A stretch of 64,000 nucleotides of DNA from Octopus vulgaris (taxonomy: Eukaryota), in assembly GCA_951406725.2 (NCBI GenBank), contig OX597822.1, positions 63,674,001-63,738,000 on the forward strand, in the 5' to 3' direction. Of this stretch, positions 27,857 to 41,209 are shown piece after piece. Position 1 is the first letter of the stretch; every line of letters starts with the position of its first letter. The notes under the pieces were generated by a model. It made no database searches and had not been told where the DNA came from. It was given only the letters and a program-made list of their open reading frames with translations. A program made the translations under genes and the position numbers.

Positions 27857-28252
27857 AGGTGCAGAGTGGCTTTGTGGTAAGTAACTTGCTTACCAACCAC
27901 ATGGTCCTGGGCTCAGTCCCTCCACATGGTACCTTGAGCAAGTGTCTTCTACTATAGCCTCGGGCCGACCAAAGCCTTGTGAGTGGATTTGGTAGACGGA
28001 AACTGAAAGAAGCCCGTCGTATATATGTATAGGTGCATGTGTGTGTATATGTTTGTGTCTGGTGTTTGTCCCTCCAACATTGCTTGACAACCAATGCTGT
28101 TGCGTCTACATCCCCATAACTTAGTGGTTCGGCAAAAGAGACTGATAGAATAAGTACTAGGCTTACAAAGAACAAGTCCTGGGGTCGATTTGCGCTCCAG
28201 CATGGCTGCAGTCAAATGTCTGAAACAAGTAAAAGAGTAAAAGAGTAAAGAG
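27857..28252 (+). mobile_element. SINE family A copy
   Basis: Full-length match to the family A pattern with a (GTAAAAGA)n tail; flanked by a direct repeat of about 240 bp. Confidence 0.85.
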
Positions 28253-28737
28253 TACACAATGGGTTTCCACACAGTTTCTCTCTACCACATTCACTCAAAA
28301 TGCTTTGTTCAACCCGTGGCTCTAGTACAAGACATCTGTTCAAAGTGCTACACAGTAGAACTGAACTCAAAACCATGTGCTTGGGAAGCAAACTTCTTAA
28401 CCACACATCTACTCCCCGTACCAGTTGATGAGTGTAGAATGTTGTAGAAGCCTGGTTACAGTGCTACATTATTTTAAAATTATTTATTACCATTGTCTAT
28501 AGAGACATGGATGAAATAGCTTCAGGGGGAATGTAGGACATTTGTACATTGTAAGTGCCATTGATTGTTTTTACAGCTGAATGCTGCCATTGTCTCTGTC
28601 ATCACTAGGAGAGTCATTTGAGGTCAACTAAAGCTAAATAAGCAAGCAGCAGAATAAATGTTATAATGCTTTAGGTGCAAGACAACAATTGCGTTCCAGT
28701 TAATGTAGTAACTTCTAGGTCGTCACCAGAAATTCTG

Positions 28738-28985
28738 TGGAGGCGCGTGGCTTAGTGGTTAGGGTGTCAGCATCATGATGGTAAGATTGTGGTTTCGATT
28801 CCTTGACCAGGTGACGCATTGTGTTTTTGAGCAAAACACTTCATTTCACATTGCTCCAGTCCACTCAGCTGGCAAAAATGAGTAATGCTGTGATGGACTG
28901 GCGTCCCGTCCAGCTGGGGAACACATACGCCATTGAAACTGGGAAACCGGGCCCGTGAGCCTGGCTAGGCTTTAAAAGGGCGCAT
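28738..28985 (+). mobile_element. tRNA-derived SINE family F
   Basis: TGGCTTAGTGGTTAGG...GGTTTCGATTCC head, then TTGAGCAAAACACTTCATTTCACATTGCTCCAGTCCACTCAGCTG. Relatives lie at about 38923-39150, 47300-47610(-), 53647-53930 (two in tandem), 56076-56410 and 58540-59015(-). Confidence 0.75.
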
Positions 28986-28997
28986 TTATTATTTGTG

Positions 28998-29285
28998 GAG
29001 GCACATGGCCTAGTGGTTAGAGCAGCGGACTCGTGTCGAGGGATCGCGAGTTCGAATCTCAGACCGGGCGATGTGTGTGTTTATGAGCGAAACACCTAAG
29101 CTCCACGTGCCTCCGGCAGAAGGTAATGGCAAACTTCTGCTCACTCTTTTGCCGCAACTTTCTCTCACTCTTTCCTCCTGCATCTTGCCGCTCACCTGCG
29201 ATGGACCGGCGTCCCATCCAGGTGGGGAACCTATACACCAACGAAACCAGGAAACCGGCCCTTATGAGCCAGGCATGGCTGAAGA
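28998..29285 (+). mobile_element. tRNA-derived SINE family E
   Basis: TGGCCTAGTGGTTAGAGC...GAGTTCGAATCTC head. Inverted copies lie at about 34335-34625 and 51905-52090. Confidence 0.8.
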
Positions 29286-30828
29286 AGGAACTAGAAATTG
29301 TTCAACATAACATTTAATATTCTCTAATGGCTACAGTAGTGTTTTCCAGTGTTTATGTTCTATACACTCATCACTCTTTTGATACTAACCCTTCTCAGGT
29401 TGCCCTTGGTTCTGTGGTACAAACTTCTTTTTCTTTTAAAGTGGTCTGAGTTAACAACCTTGGAAGCAATGTGGCCAATGCCAGTGTTGTGCGAGTGGCA
29501 AGTAATAAGCACCTTTCAAGCATTGGCTTTCATGGCAGCAATGGCAAATAACTGAGACCTTTGGCAATATACTGTGCTTGAGTAGAAGACCGATCAAGCC
29601 AAGTGAAATTGTTGTTGTGACATATACTGGTGTCACGCAACTGGCACCTGTGCCAGTGGCACGTAAAAGCACCCATTACATTCTTGGAGTGGTTGGCATT
29701 AGGAAGGGCATCAAGCCAAGTGAAATTGTTGTTGTGACGTATACTGGTGTCACACAACTGGCACCCGTGCCAGTGGCACGTAAAAGCACCCATTACATTC
29801 TTGGAGTGGTTGGCATTAGGAAGGGCATCAAGCCAAGTGAAATTGTTGTTGTGACGTATACTGGTGTCACGCAACTGGCACCCTTGCCAGTGGCACGTAA
29901 AAACACCCAATACACTCTTGGAGTGGTTGGTATTAGGAAGGGCATCCAGCAATAGAAACCATGCCAAATCAGATTTGAATTTGGTGCAGCCCCTCAGCTT
30001 ACCAGCCCTTGGTCAAACCTTCCAACCCATACCAGCATGGACAATAGATGTTAGATGATGATGCTGATGCTGTGGTGGCAGCGAGAGAAAGAGAGATATG
30101 TATATATGTGTGTGTGTCTTTGTGTCTGTGTTTGTCCCCCCCCCACCACCACCACCATTGCTTGACAACCGATGTTGGTGTATTTACGTCCCCATTGCTT
30201 AGTGGTTTGGCAAAAGAGACCATCAGATTAAGTACTAGGCTTACAAAGCATAAGTCCTGGGGTCGATTTCTTTTTTAAGTGACTGAAACAAGTAAAAGAA
30301 TAAAAGAATAAAAGAATATGCCCTAGACATTGTGCAATGCTAACAGGAATCTACAAAATGTGAACTGCTTGTCTGATAACCCGACATCATGTCAACTCAG
30401 CTATTGGCTGGTATAATCACATCTTATCCAATGATATTATTACTTAACTTACAAGTGACAAGAATTCCGGTTGATTCTCATATTTCTAAAATCAATACAA
30501 AAAAAAAGAAGATTTTGCAGATTTCACAGCTTGATAACAACAAGCTCCAAAGGTAATATTAGCAGCTTGATATGACTCAATCGATACAGCCAAGAATTAG
30601 ATATTGTGTCGATATCTGCTGTTGAGGCTTTTCCCATTGGCGGAAATGAATTAACTTGAAGCACTGCTGACTAACATGGCACGGCACAGCTGCGGATTCA
30701 GTCTCATTCACTTCAGCTTCTTATTATTAGTTTCCGCATCATCACCTAGAGCACTTTTCTGAGAAGGATAATGACCCTCAGTAACAACAACAACAACATA
30801 AAAGCTTTGAAATTTATTTGAATATGCG

Positions 30829-31211
30829 CTGGAGTGGCTGCATGGTAAGTAGCTTGCTTACCAACCACATGGTTCTGGGTTCAGTCCCACTGCGTGGCAC
30901 CTTGGGCAAGTGTCTTCTACTATAGCCTTGGGCCGACCAAAGCTTTGTGAGTGGATTTGGTAGACGGAAACTGAAAGAAGCCCGTCGTATATATGTATAT
31001 ATATATGTATGTGTGTGTCTTTGTTTGTCCCCCAACATCACTTGACAACCAAGGCTGGTGTGTTTACGTCCCCGTAACTTAGCGGTTCGGCAAAAGAGAC
31101 CGATAGAATAAGTACTAGGCTTACAAAGAATAAGTCCTGGGATCAATTTGCTCGACTAAAGACGGTGCTCCAGCATGGTCGCAGTCAAATGACTGAAACA
31201 AGTAAAAGAGT
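30829..31211 (+). mobile_element. SINE family A copy
   Basis: Near-consensus family A copy. Confidence 0.85.
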
Positions 31212-31660
31212 AGGCATCGCCATTGTTCATCTTTTTTTTAATGTCCACTTTTGGTAGATGGAAAGAAGCCTGGCATAATGTAAATAGCACTGGTGCCAGT
31301 GCTACATAAGAATCACCCAGTACATTCTGTAAAGTGGCTGCTTTACAGAGCATCCAACAGTTGAAACCATGCCAAAACAGAAAATGAAACCTGGTGCAGC
31401 TTCTGGCTTTGCTAGCTCCTCTCAAATTGTTCAACCCATGCCAACATGGAAAATGGATGTTAAATGATGATAATGATGATGATGATGTTATAGGTTTGGT
31501 AGTGCAAACAGGAAAATAGAACTCAAATCATGAGCATATGTGTATTTTTTTTTATTAATAATTGGCAGAAGTTAGAGAGTGACTCAAGGGCTGAGAATAT
31601 ATATATAAAAGAAAAAAAGGGATGACAAAGGAATAAATGTTTATCTTATGAACTTCATTA

Positions 31661-31739
31661 GCTCACAGCTGTTTCTGCTATAAGATGTAATGGGCTCATA
31701 TTTGAGTGCCTGGGTAACACCTTACAGCTTCACCAGAGC
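31661..31739 (-). ncRNA. Degenerate hammerhead motif
   Basis: Minus strand reads GCT-CTGGTGA-A-GCTGTAAGGTGT...ACATCTTATAGC-A-GAAAC-AGCT-GTG-AGC. It has a 12-bp stem II and palindromic stem III, but the core and cleavage site are mutated. Confidence 0.45.
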
Positions 31740-31843
31740 ATCAAAGATGAAGTGCAAATGTTGAACAAGGTTGGGAAAATAGTACTCGAATACTGGAGGC
31801 AGAGTAATATGCTTTATTATTAAAGCTGCAAAAACATCACAAA

Positions 31844-31885
31844 AACTGCTACTCAGAGTTTCACATTCCAGTTCATCAGGCAGTT
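31844..31885 (-). ncRNA. Minimal type I hammerhead ribozyme with intact core
   Basis: Minus strand reads AACTGC-CTGATGA-ACTGGAATGT-GAAAC-TCTGA-GTA-GCAGTT. Perfect 6-bp stem I, a short weak stem II and a GUA triplet. A decayed inverted copy lies at 31907-31949 (+). Confidence 0.65.
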
Positions 31886-31988
31886 GTGATCAAGATCTTT
31901 GATCACAATTGCTCAATGAATGGGAATATGAAACTCTTGAGTAGCAGTTTTTGTGATATTTTTGTGATGATGTTTTTGCAGCTTTGAT

Positions 31989-32045
<57 letters not shown>

Positions 32046-32779
32046 CATCATCATCATCATCTAATGTCTGCTTTCCATGCTAGCATAGGTTGGACAATTT
32101 GACTGAGGACTGGCAAACTAGATGGCTGCACCAGGCTCCAATCTGATCTGGCAGAGTTTCTACAGCTGGATGCCCTTCCTAATGCCAACCACTCTGAGAG
32201 TGTAGTGGGTGCTTTTACATGCCACCGGCATGAGGGCCAGTCAGGCGGTACTGGCAACGGTCACACTCAAGTGGGGTATTTTACATGCCACCTGCACAGG
32301 AGCCAGTCCAGCGGCACATATATGTATATGTTTATATATATATATATTTGTGTGTGTGTGTGTGCTGTTGTCTCCTTGTCTCATCATCTGTTATAGTTGT
32401 AAATGACCCACTGTCTTGCATGTGATATCCTTCATTTTTAATTTTCTATGAAAATGTGTCATGTCATGAGGAAATATTACCACATTTGGGAATAGATGAG
32501 GGTTGGCCGCAGACAGGGCATCCAGCTGTAGAAAATCCATTTCAACAAATTCCTTCTATCCCATGCACGCATGAAAATGTGGATGTTAAAATGATGTGGA
32601 TGAAATGCTTTATTTACAAGAATCTAAAAAAAATTGGTTATTGCCATTTTTCCATCTCCTTAAATTAAGAAATTATTTTGTGTTTGACTCCAAAAAATGT
32701 TATTCAGTTAGAATCACATGATACCCAGAAAAAGATCTGTAATAAACTACAAACAAAATTTTTCCTCTTATTTTAATAG

Positions 32780-32914
32780 GTGGACAGATAAATCGGAGAA
32801 ATTTGTTACAGGAATGTTCCTTGTTCAAGCCATGAGGTCTTACTTATTTTTTTCTCAGCTAAGTTCTTGGTTGAATTCAACAGGTGGATTACTGCCACTA
32901 ACAATAGCTTATCG
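32780..32914 (+). CDS. FAM214A: ATOS/FAM214 homologue, coding exon 3 (135 bp)
   Basis: aatag acceptor and gtaagt donor. Encodes WTDKSEKFVTGMFLVQAMRSYLFFSQLSSWLNSTGGLLPLTIAY, containing the family motif AxRSxxFFSQLSxWL. Phase 2 to 2. Confidence 0.92.
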
Positions 32915-33321
32915 GTAAGTCCTGTTTCTCATACTTTAACAATTTTCTCTTATTTGCTTGGTTCCATATTTTCGATGGCATAAAAAATGCAGAGCATATT
33001 AAACACACCATAGATTCAGCTGTGCATGTTGAGGAAAAAAGGTTTTCAGTGCATTAAAGCTTACAGGATTCCCAACTTTGCATATAAGCTCAGGGCTCAG
33101 GTGTGGCAGTGTAGTAGGAAGCTTGCTTTGAAACTACATGGTTCTGGGTTCAGTCTCACTGTGTGGCACCTTGAGCAAGTGTCTTCTACTAAATCCTTGG
33201 GTTGACCAAAGCTTTGTGAGAGGATTTGGTTGATGGAAACTGAAAGAAGCCCATCACATATATATATGTATGTGTGTGTATATATGTGTGTGTATATATA
33301 TATATGTATCTATATGTATAT

Positions 33322-33355
<34 letters not shown>

Positions 33356-33614
33356 TGATTGATTGATTGATTCCAGTTTCAGCTTATGAGCTGTGGCCAT
33401 GCTGGGGCACCGCCATTTATATATATATAATTTTTGTGGTTATAGAACCTAGCTGTTCTTTCTAGCGTGTTGAATCCCACGAGTGGCTGCCTTATTTGTT
33501 TAAATGTACACTGTATTTTATGACTAATACATAGTCTTTGGACTAAATTTTTACACGTTAGACCACTGGAAATGAAAATTTCGCTAAATTTCCATTTCCC
33601 TTTGATATGATTAA

Positions 33615-33671
<57 letters not shown>

Positions 33672-34023
33672 TATATGGCTTGAACTATTGAAGGGGATCT
33701 TCACCCTTTTTTTCGTTCAAAACAATGTGAATAAATAAGCATTAGCTTTGACAAAATAATCTGAGTGCTGAAGGGTTAAAGGTTGAACTCGAAGCAAATA
33801 GTACTTGAAATGAGAGCATATAAATATCAAGCTAAAAAACAACACTTTTGTGAGAAAAAGCAGAAGGCTTTAATTGTATTTAATCTATACTTCACATTGA
33901 ATAAGAACATGAAATATGCATTAAGATCACGATGCACTGACAAGGACAACTGTTGAAAGTCAACTATTATGTACTTAAATAAATGTATACATACTTTAAC
34001 AGCTTTATTTCCTTTTATGCATA

Positions 34024-34245
34024 TATGAGGGGGTGGGTACTGAAAAGTTCTTGGCTTTGAGAGTATCGTGAAAGGCCTGGTTGGGGGCCCAACCTTCCGA
34101 GTTCTTTTAGAGGGCTTAGAAAAACTGAAGGACCACTGCACTAAGTGTGTGAATCAGAGAAAGGAATATATTGAATAAGATCATTATTAACTGATCCTCT
34201 TGTGTTTTCTTTTACCCCAAACCAGGAACTTCCCAGCACCCGCCA
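34024..34245 (+). mobile_element. Mariner-derived MITE or internal-deletion derivative
   Basis: Imperfect TIRs GGGTACTGAAAAGTTCTTGG / CCAGGAACTTCCCAGCACCC. Internal remnant LEGLEKLKDHCTKCVNQRKEYIE* resembles a mariner transposase C-terminus. Confidence 0.7.
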
Positions 34246-34625
34246 TATGTGTGTGTGTATCTTTTATCTTTTACTTGTTTCAGTCATTACACTGTGGTCA
34301 TGCTGGGGCACCATATATCGTTGTTTGTTCCGTCTCAAGCCATGCCTGGCCCATAAGGGCCGGTTTCCTGGTTTCCTTGGCGTATAGGTTCCCCACATGC
34401 ACGGGACGCCGGTCCATTGCAGGTGAGCTGCAAGATGCAGGAGGAAATAGTGACAGAAAGTTGTGGCAAAAGAGTCAGCATAAGTTCCTCATTACCTTCT
34501 GCCGGAGCTGCGTGGAGTTTAGGTGTTTCGCTCATAAACACACACATTGCCTGGTCGGAGATTCGAACCCGTGATCCCTCAACTGTGAGTCCACTGCTCT
34601 AACCGCAAGGCCATGTGCCCCCACA

Positions 34626-34662
<37 letters not shown>

Positions 34663-34668
34663 CACACC

Positions 34669-34699
<31 letters not shown>

Positions 34700-34985
34700 C
34701 CGCCTGGCATTGCCAGCCCCGCCTGGCACCTGTGCAGGTGGCACGTAAAAAGCACCCACTACACTCACGGAGTGGTTGGCGTTAGGAAGGGCATCCAGCT
34801 GTAGAAACATTGCCAGATCAGACTGGAGCCTGGTGCAGCCTTCTGGCTTCCCAGATCCCTGGTCGAACCGTCCAACCCATGCTAGCATGGAGAACGGACG
34901 TTAAACGATGATGATGATGATGATGATGTTCGCCCAACCCATGCTAGCATGGAAAACGGATGTTAAACGATGCTGTTGATGATGA

Positions 34986-35035
<50 letters not shown>

Positions 35036-35110
35036 GGGAAGTATATCTTTGGTTATGCCACATAGGCAGTCAGAAAGTTGTCGTGCATTACTCTACATAT
35101 ATGTGTATAC

Positions 35111-35153
<43 letters not shown>

Positions 35154-36484
35154 GAGAGAGATTGCTGAAGAAATATTGTAAAGTAGGTTGGGTTTTTTTT
35201 TTTTTTTGCTGGAGAAACTGAACATTGTTTCAATCCCATTTTGTGTCTTGTTATTCAAAGAATGACATTTAATCAATTAAAATCAATGCTCATATGATGA
35301 AAGGTAAAAAAAAAAACGAACGAAATAAAAAAATAGATGTGTAGTAAGTCTGTTAAATGTTTGTTATATCTTCTGCTGTTGGTAAATTTTTATCAATTTA
35401 TTTATAGATACACGTGTTGTTTATTTAACTGTTCATGCAATATGCTTGCAAAATAAAAATCTCTCTTGAAATTTTGTCTTTGCCATTTGCATTTTGTTTT
35501 TAGTAGACATTTTCTGAATGTTTTTATGAAATTAAAGCATGAAAAAAATTTTCTAAATAATCACAAATTTATATGTATGTATGTGTGTACATATATACAT
35601 GCATACGCACATGCTTCCATATATACATATGTATATATATTAAAGCAATGATATTAAAAGCTACTTTTTAAGAATATTATTAAAAAAACAATTTTTTTTT
35701 TTTCTGAATACTTGTCTGAAAATATTTCTATAAAGTGTTAAAAGAAAAGTTTTTTTTGCTGTTTCTTTTAGAGTAAACAATATTTTGTTGCTAAGAAATA
35801 TATGGTCTGCTATGGTATACTGTTTAATATTGCGCCTGTCTGGCTCAGGAAATTTAAGCCTACCAAGACAAAATCTCATTTGTGGTATTTTTTTACAGCT
35901 GACAAGCAAAAAGCCTCTAAAAGCTGATTCATTTATAAAAAGATGCATTTGAAGGGTTTTTTCAAAATTAATGTTCTTTTAATACTTACCAAATCTATAT
36001 TTAACTTGGTTGGCTGTCTTTCACTCAATAGCCTCATTCAGTGACTAATTCCAATTTTGCATGGAATTCTAGAAATTAATGACGTTATATGTGGAAGTTT
36101 TTTAGGACAAGAAACCATTTTCTTTTTTCCTTCCAATAAGCATTTAATTTTTCTGTTATTATCAATGATAAGTTCCTGTTTATTTACCATGTAGGTACAA
36201 GCTTGGCTGTGTGGTTAAGAAGCTTGTTTTGCAACCTTGTGGATTTGGTTTCAATCCCACTGCACATATATATATTTCTTTGTTGCCCACAGGGGGCTAA
36301 ACATAGAGGGGACAAACAAGGACAGATAAAGAGATTAAGTCGATTACATCGACCCCAGTGCGTAAATGGTACTTATTTAATCGAACCTGAATCGACCTCG
36401 GCATAATTTGAACTCAGAACGTAATGGCAGATGAAATACTGCTAAGCATTTTGCCTGGCATGCTAATGATTCTACCAGCTTGCC

Positions 36485-36521
<37 letters not shown>

Positions 36522-37213
36522 TGTTGATTTGTCTGCCTAAACCCTTGGTGGCATTTGAACTTGGAACATAAAGGTAGACAAAATGCCACTGAGAATGTTG
36601 GGAATGCTAACGATTCTGCCGGCTTGCCACTTTGAGATATAGCTGATGCTAGTGCCACCTATCTGGCTCCCATGCCAATGGCATGCAAAAAGCACCATTT
36701 GAGCATGGTTGATGCCAGTGCTGCCTGACCGGCCCCTGTGCCAGTGGAATGTAAAAAGCACAGCTTCTACACTCTCAGAGTGGTTGGCATTAGGAAGGGC
36801 ATCCAGCTGTAGAAACCTTGTCAGATCAGATTGGAGCCTGGCGCAGACTCCTGGCTTGCCAGTCGTCAGTCAAACCGTCCAACCCACTCCAGCATGGAAA
36901 GCAGACGTTAGACAATGATGATGATGATGATGAACAGAATCTAAAAACTAGGTTAAACTCCCTTTTGGATTGGAAAAGTTGAAAGCCTTTGATTATTTTT
37001 CTGCCCAAAATATTTTTTTAACCTAACATTTGGATACTGTCATCAATAGCTTTATCTACTTTGAGTTCTATAGTAAAATAAAAACAAAACAAATAATTGT
37101 CGAGACTCTGTTTGCCAATAACTTAACCAGTCATCTAATCTGTTGCCATTTCAGACAATAACACTTTCTTAAACTTCCACAAATTTTTGATTCTGTTTAA
37201 TCTCTAATTTCAG

Positions 37214-38837
37214 GTTGTATGCTCCAGGAGAATCTAGACCCTATTTGTTCGAAGGAGATTCTACAGTTCATCATTTTCCAGTAGCAAACTTGTCGCACAG
37301 CACAGTGAGAGTGAGTGTGACGGCTTCTCAAAGAATGAAGAACATACCTATTCTTCTGTGTCAAAATCCGATGAGTAGTGTACTAACTAGTTCTACAATC
37401 ATTACAGATCAGCTTCACAAAAGCAAACCGTCTAAATTTCCACCTGACAATTCAGAACCGTCTCGAAGAAAAAAGACTTTGACAACTGCTGCAATTTGTG
37501 ATAAAAGTAATAATAGCGACGTAAAAAAATTTAATCCAAAGAAAATATCATCAACAACAACAACAATTTCGAACAGACTCAATAATTTAACACAATCCAA
37601 ATCAAAAACTAGTTCTATTAATAAGAAGGAACAACCACAGACTATAAGTGCGCCATCTAGTTCAGTTTCGCCAGCAGTGTCCTACAGTAAGATTCCTTCA
37701 CAGCAGAAGAACTTGTCTTTTTCTTCGACTCGCTCTGTAATGAGTGTTGAAGAGGATTCCTTAAAACTAGCATCAAAGTTTGCTAAACTAGAGGTGAAGT
37801 CCAGCAATAATTGTACATTTTCAACAGCATCGCGGAATATGTTCTCAGAAAAGCCTCTTGTCTTTCACACAAAGGATGATCTCGATAACGACCAGTCAGA
37901 AAACAAAACACCGGTACTTCACAGCCCTAAGGTTTTATTGACAAACTGTAAGTCTGGTGAACAGTCGTATTACACAAAACAGAAAAGAAACAATTCTGGC
38001 TCAGACGTCAAGTGGAATACAAAAACCGAGTGGTATCCAGAATTATTGTGTCAGCCTGGCATGCAGGAATTGACCAAACCTCTAACATCAGACCAAATAG
38101 AAGCGTATCTTGCGAGTCTACCAACCTGGGGTACGTCGTTACCCAAGGTTAGACGAACATGCCTTGAAAACATTCCAGTTACGAAATGCAAATTTCAAAT
38201 CGGTGATGAGCTATTTGATAAAGACACTGAGAAAAGTATTTCTTCCACAGTTAATCCATTATCTAAGACAGCGTTATCTTCATATGTAGGTTTCTCATCA
38301 GAAAATAAGTCAGAAATTACATCTAGTGTAACTTCAGCTAAAAAGAGAGGACTTGCCACCAAAGACAAATACGACACAAATAACATTTCCCGAAACCTAC
38401 ACGAAGATTTTAACCACAATAAAACAGGTATGAAAAGGTCAGCAGCTGTCTGGATGGATCTTTCTCAAGACATTAACGAAAACAGAACAGAGGCTACTTA
38501 TTCAGCCAATAACAATTCTTTGAAAGATTCTACCAGTTCAGTGGTTGATGAGACACGGTCACAAGATATCAGTGACCGTTCTAATAGAGTGGACTGTTGT
38601 GAAACAGCAATCAAAAAAGATGATGCAACAAAAACAGCCGAAGAGAAAAGTGATGTATTTCTCGAAGCTGACAATTGTAGCATTGTCAATGGTAGTAAAG
38701 ACTATGACAATAGCAAAGAAAATGAAAGTAAAGAACATTTCAACGACATAACCAAAGATCCAGTGAGTCCCAATCAAGGAAAGCGATCTCTTTATGCAAC
38801 TATTCTCAGGAAAGACTTCAATTCTGAATTTGAAAAG
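37214..38837 (+). CDS. FAM214A: ATOS/FAM214 homologue, large coding exon 4 (1624 bp)
   Basis: tttcag acceptor, then a 547-aa open frame starting LYAPGE...HHFPVANLSHSTVRVSV (cf. recalled HVFPVPNVSHNVALKVSV), followed by an S/T/K/N-rich low-complexity region. Donor AAG|gtttgt at 38838. Phase 2 to 0. Confidence 0.9.
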
Positions 38838-39166
38838 GTTTGTATAAAGATTGTATAAGGGTTCTCTTGTGTTGTGGTTTTGTTAGAAATTCTTCCAAGC
38901 TTATGTTTCAACAGTGAATGTGCATGGCATTGTGGTTAAGCTGTTGATCTCATAAACAATAGGTTGTGGGTTCAATTCTTGGACAGGGCAGCGTGTTGTG
39001 TCCTTGAGCAGGGTACTTCATTACATGCTACTCTACAACACCTGGGAGTTAATTCTGTGACAATCTAGCACCTAGTTCAGAGGAAGGGGTAAGTCTTGTA
39101 TTCAGTTTAAATGTCCATGGTAATCTGGATAAGCTCTGAGCAACAGGCTTGAGGGTTTTTTTCTTT

Positions 39167-39214
<48 letters not shown>

Positions 39215-39534
39215 TATGTTTCAACAGTAAATTCATTCCTTCAGCTCAATTAATGATGTTCATTTTTAAAAAAATTTAGTTGTATTGAACACAAAGAAAA
39301 TAATATCCCTCACTAAGATACATCAATACCTTCCTCTTCATGATAGACATAAATAATACTTTGTTGTTGTAAAATTTCACTGGAAATGCTTGTTTTTGTA
39401 AAACTAGTGAAGCCTTGCTTGGAGACATAAAAAGCCAAAGTTAAATATCTCTTGCTGAGTTATGGCAGACTTGTATTGAATTTAATATTTAATTTCTGAC
39501 ATCTTTATAACGCTAAGCAAATTTTCTTCGAGAG

Positions 39535-39915
39535 GCACCACCACCACCATTACCACCACTGCTGCCATCATCATCAAAACCATCATCATCATCATTAAAA
39601 CCATCACCACCACTACTTTTACGCCACCACCACCATTACTCTAACATCACCACTACCACCACCACCACCACCACCACCACCACCTGCTGCCATCTTCATC
39701 ATCATCATTAAAACCATCACCACCACTACTCTAACGCCACCACCATTACTCTTACACTACCACCACCATTACTCTAACTCCACCACCACCACCACCATTA
39801 CTCTAACGCCGCCACTACCACCACTACCACTACCTCCACTATAATGCCATCAACACAACCACCACCACCACCATCACCACCACCATCACCACCACCATCA
39901 CCATCACCATCATCA
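39535..39915. repeat. (CAC/CAT)n compound trinucleotide repeat
   Basis: Read directly from the sequence. Confidence 0.9.
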
Positions 39916-40236
39916 TATGAAAGTATGGATTGGATGGGTTGGATGTGTGTGTGCAAAATATCATATTTCCCATCATCTTTGATTCAACATTTTCAGAATT
40001 TCCTTTCACCATTTCTTTCAATGTCTTCCTTTCCACAACATCTTCCATACTTTCCTCTCCGGCATCAGCAGTCAAAAGTATTTAATTTCTAAATGAAATA
40101 CAACTACAATAGCATTAAGAGTAATAAGCACTCGTCTCAGATAGGACAAAAATTATCAACAAGCCTACTGAGAGAGTCTGGCAGTTATAATGTCTAGTAT
40201 TATTTTACATTGAAAAATATTATCAGTTAAGTATTT

Positions 40237-40670
40237 AGTTAGTTAGTTAGTTAATTTGGCTCAAAAGCAAATAGCAAGGCCATGTAGGGGGACATGGAGT
40301 TAAGTACAGGGTGGTGTTCATGTAAAGAGTTCAGGCCACTTGAGGTCAAGGGAGGCTTTGAACAAAGCGGTCGTCGGCATCTTCACCATCTCGTCTGGCA
40401 GCTTGTTCCACGGATCCGCAACCCGGACGGAGAAAGCTCCTCTCCTTCGATTGAGATGAAATCGTCGCAGGTAGAGCTTTTCGGAATGACCCCGCAGCCG
40501 ATGCTCTGGAGCAGGAGTGAAGAACAGCTCTTTCGAGAGGTTACACTTTCCGCTCATGATGTTGTGGGCGAGAATGAGATCACCACGGCAGCGGCGTTTT
40601 TCTAGAGAATAAAGGACGAGCGTCCTCAGCCTTTCTTCATAGGACAAATTTTTGAGACCATGAACCATGC
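40237..40670 (-). mobile_element. CR1-clade LINE 3' fragment (ORF2 C-terminus, 3' UTR and (TAAC)n tail)
   Basis: ORF 40318-40695 encodes GLKNLSYEERLRTLVLYSLEKRRCRGDLI...RLRGHSEKL...FSVRVADPWNKLP, a typical CR1 ORF2 tail. ttagttagttag repeat at about 40237-40253. Confidence 0.88.
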
Positions 40671-40781
40671 AGCATGGAAGGTGTTTATAAGCCATTTAAA
40701 AACGCAAAACCCGTTAGATTCACTTCAAAATATTTTCGTCGCTTTGAAACCGCGACCTGTTCATTGACAAAATTTTGTGCT

Positions 40782-40949
40782 AGGCACAGGAGTGGCTGTG
40801 TGGTAAGTAGCTTGCTTACCAACCACATAGATCCGGGTTCAGTCCCAGTGTGTGGCACGTTGGGCAAGTGTCTTCTACTATAGCCTCGGGCCGACCAAAG
40901 CCTTGTGAGTGGATTCGGTAGATGGAAACTGAAAGAAGCCTGTTGTGTG

Positions 40950-41002
<53 letters not shown>

Positions 41003-41209
41003 GTTTATGTGACTGTGTTTGTCTTCTCTCCATCTCTTGACAACCGATGATGGAGTGTTTGCATCCCTGTAACTTAGTGGTTCGGCAAACAAAGCCTGAT
41101 AGAATAAGTAAGGGCTTCCAAAGAATAAGTCCTGGGTTCGATTTGTTTGACTAAAGATGGTGCTCCAGCATGGCCACAATGAAATGACTGAAACAAATAA
41201 AAGAATAAA
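40782..41209 (+). mobile_element. SINE family A copy
   Basis: Full-length family A copy with internal (TA)n. Confidence 0.85.

Noticed and set aside
28998-29070. tRNA gene-like sequences (also 45497-45560 and 56076-56140)
   Set aside because: A/B boxes are present, but there is no complete cloverleaf or acceptor stem and each runs into a multicopy SINE body. These are SINE heads, not tRNA genes.
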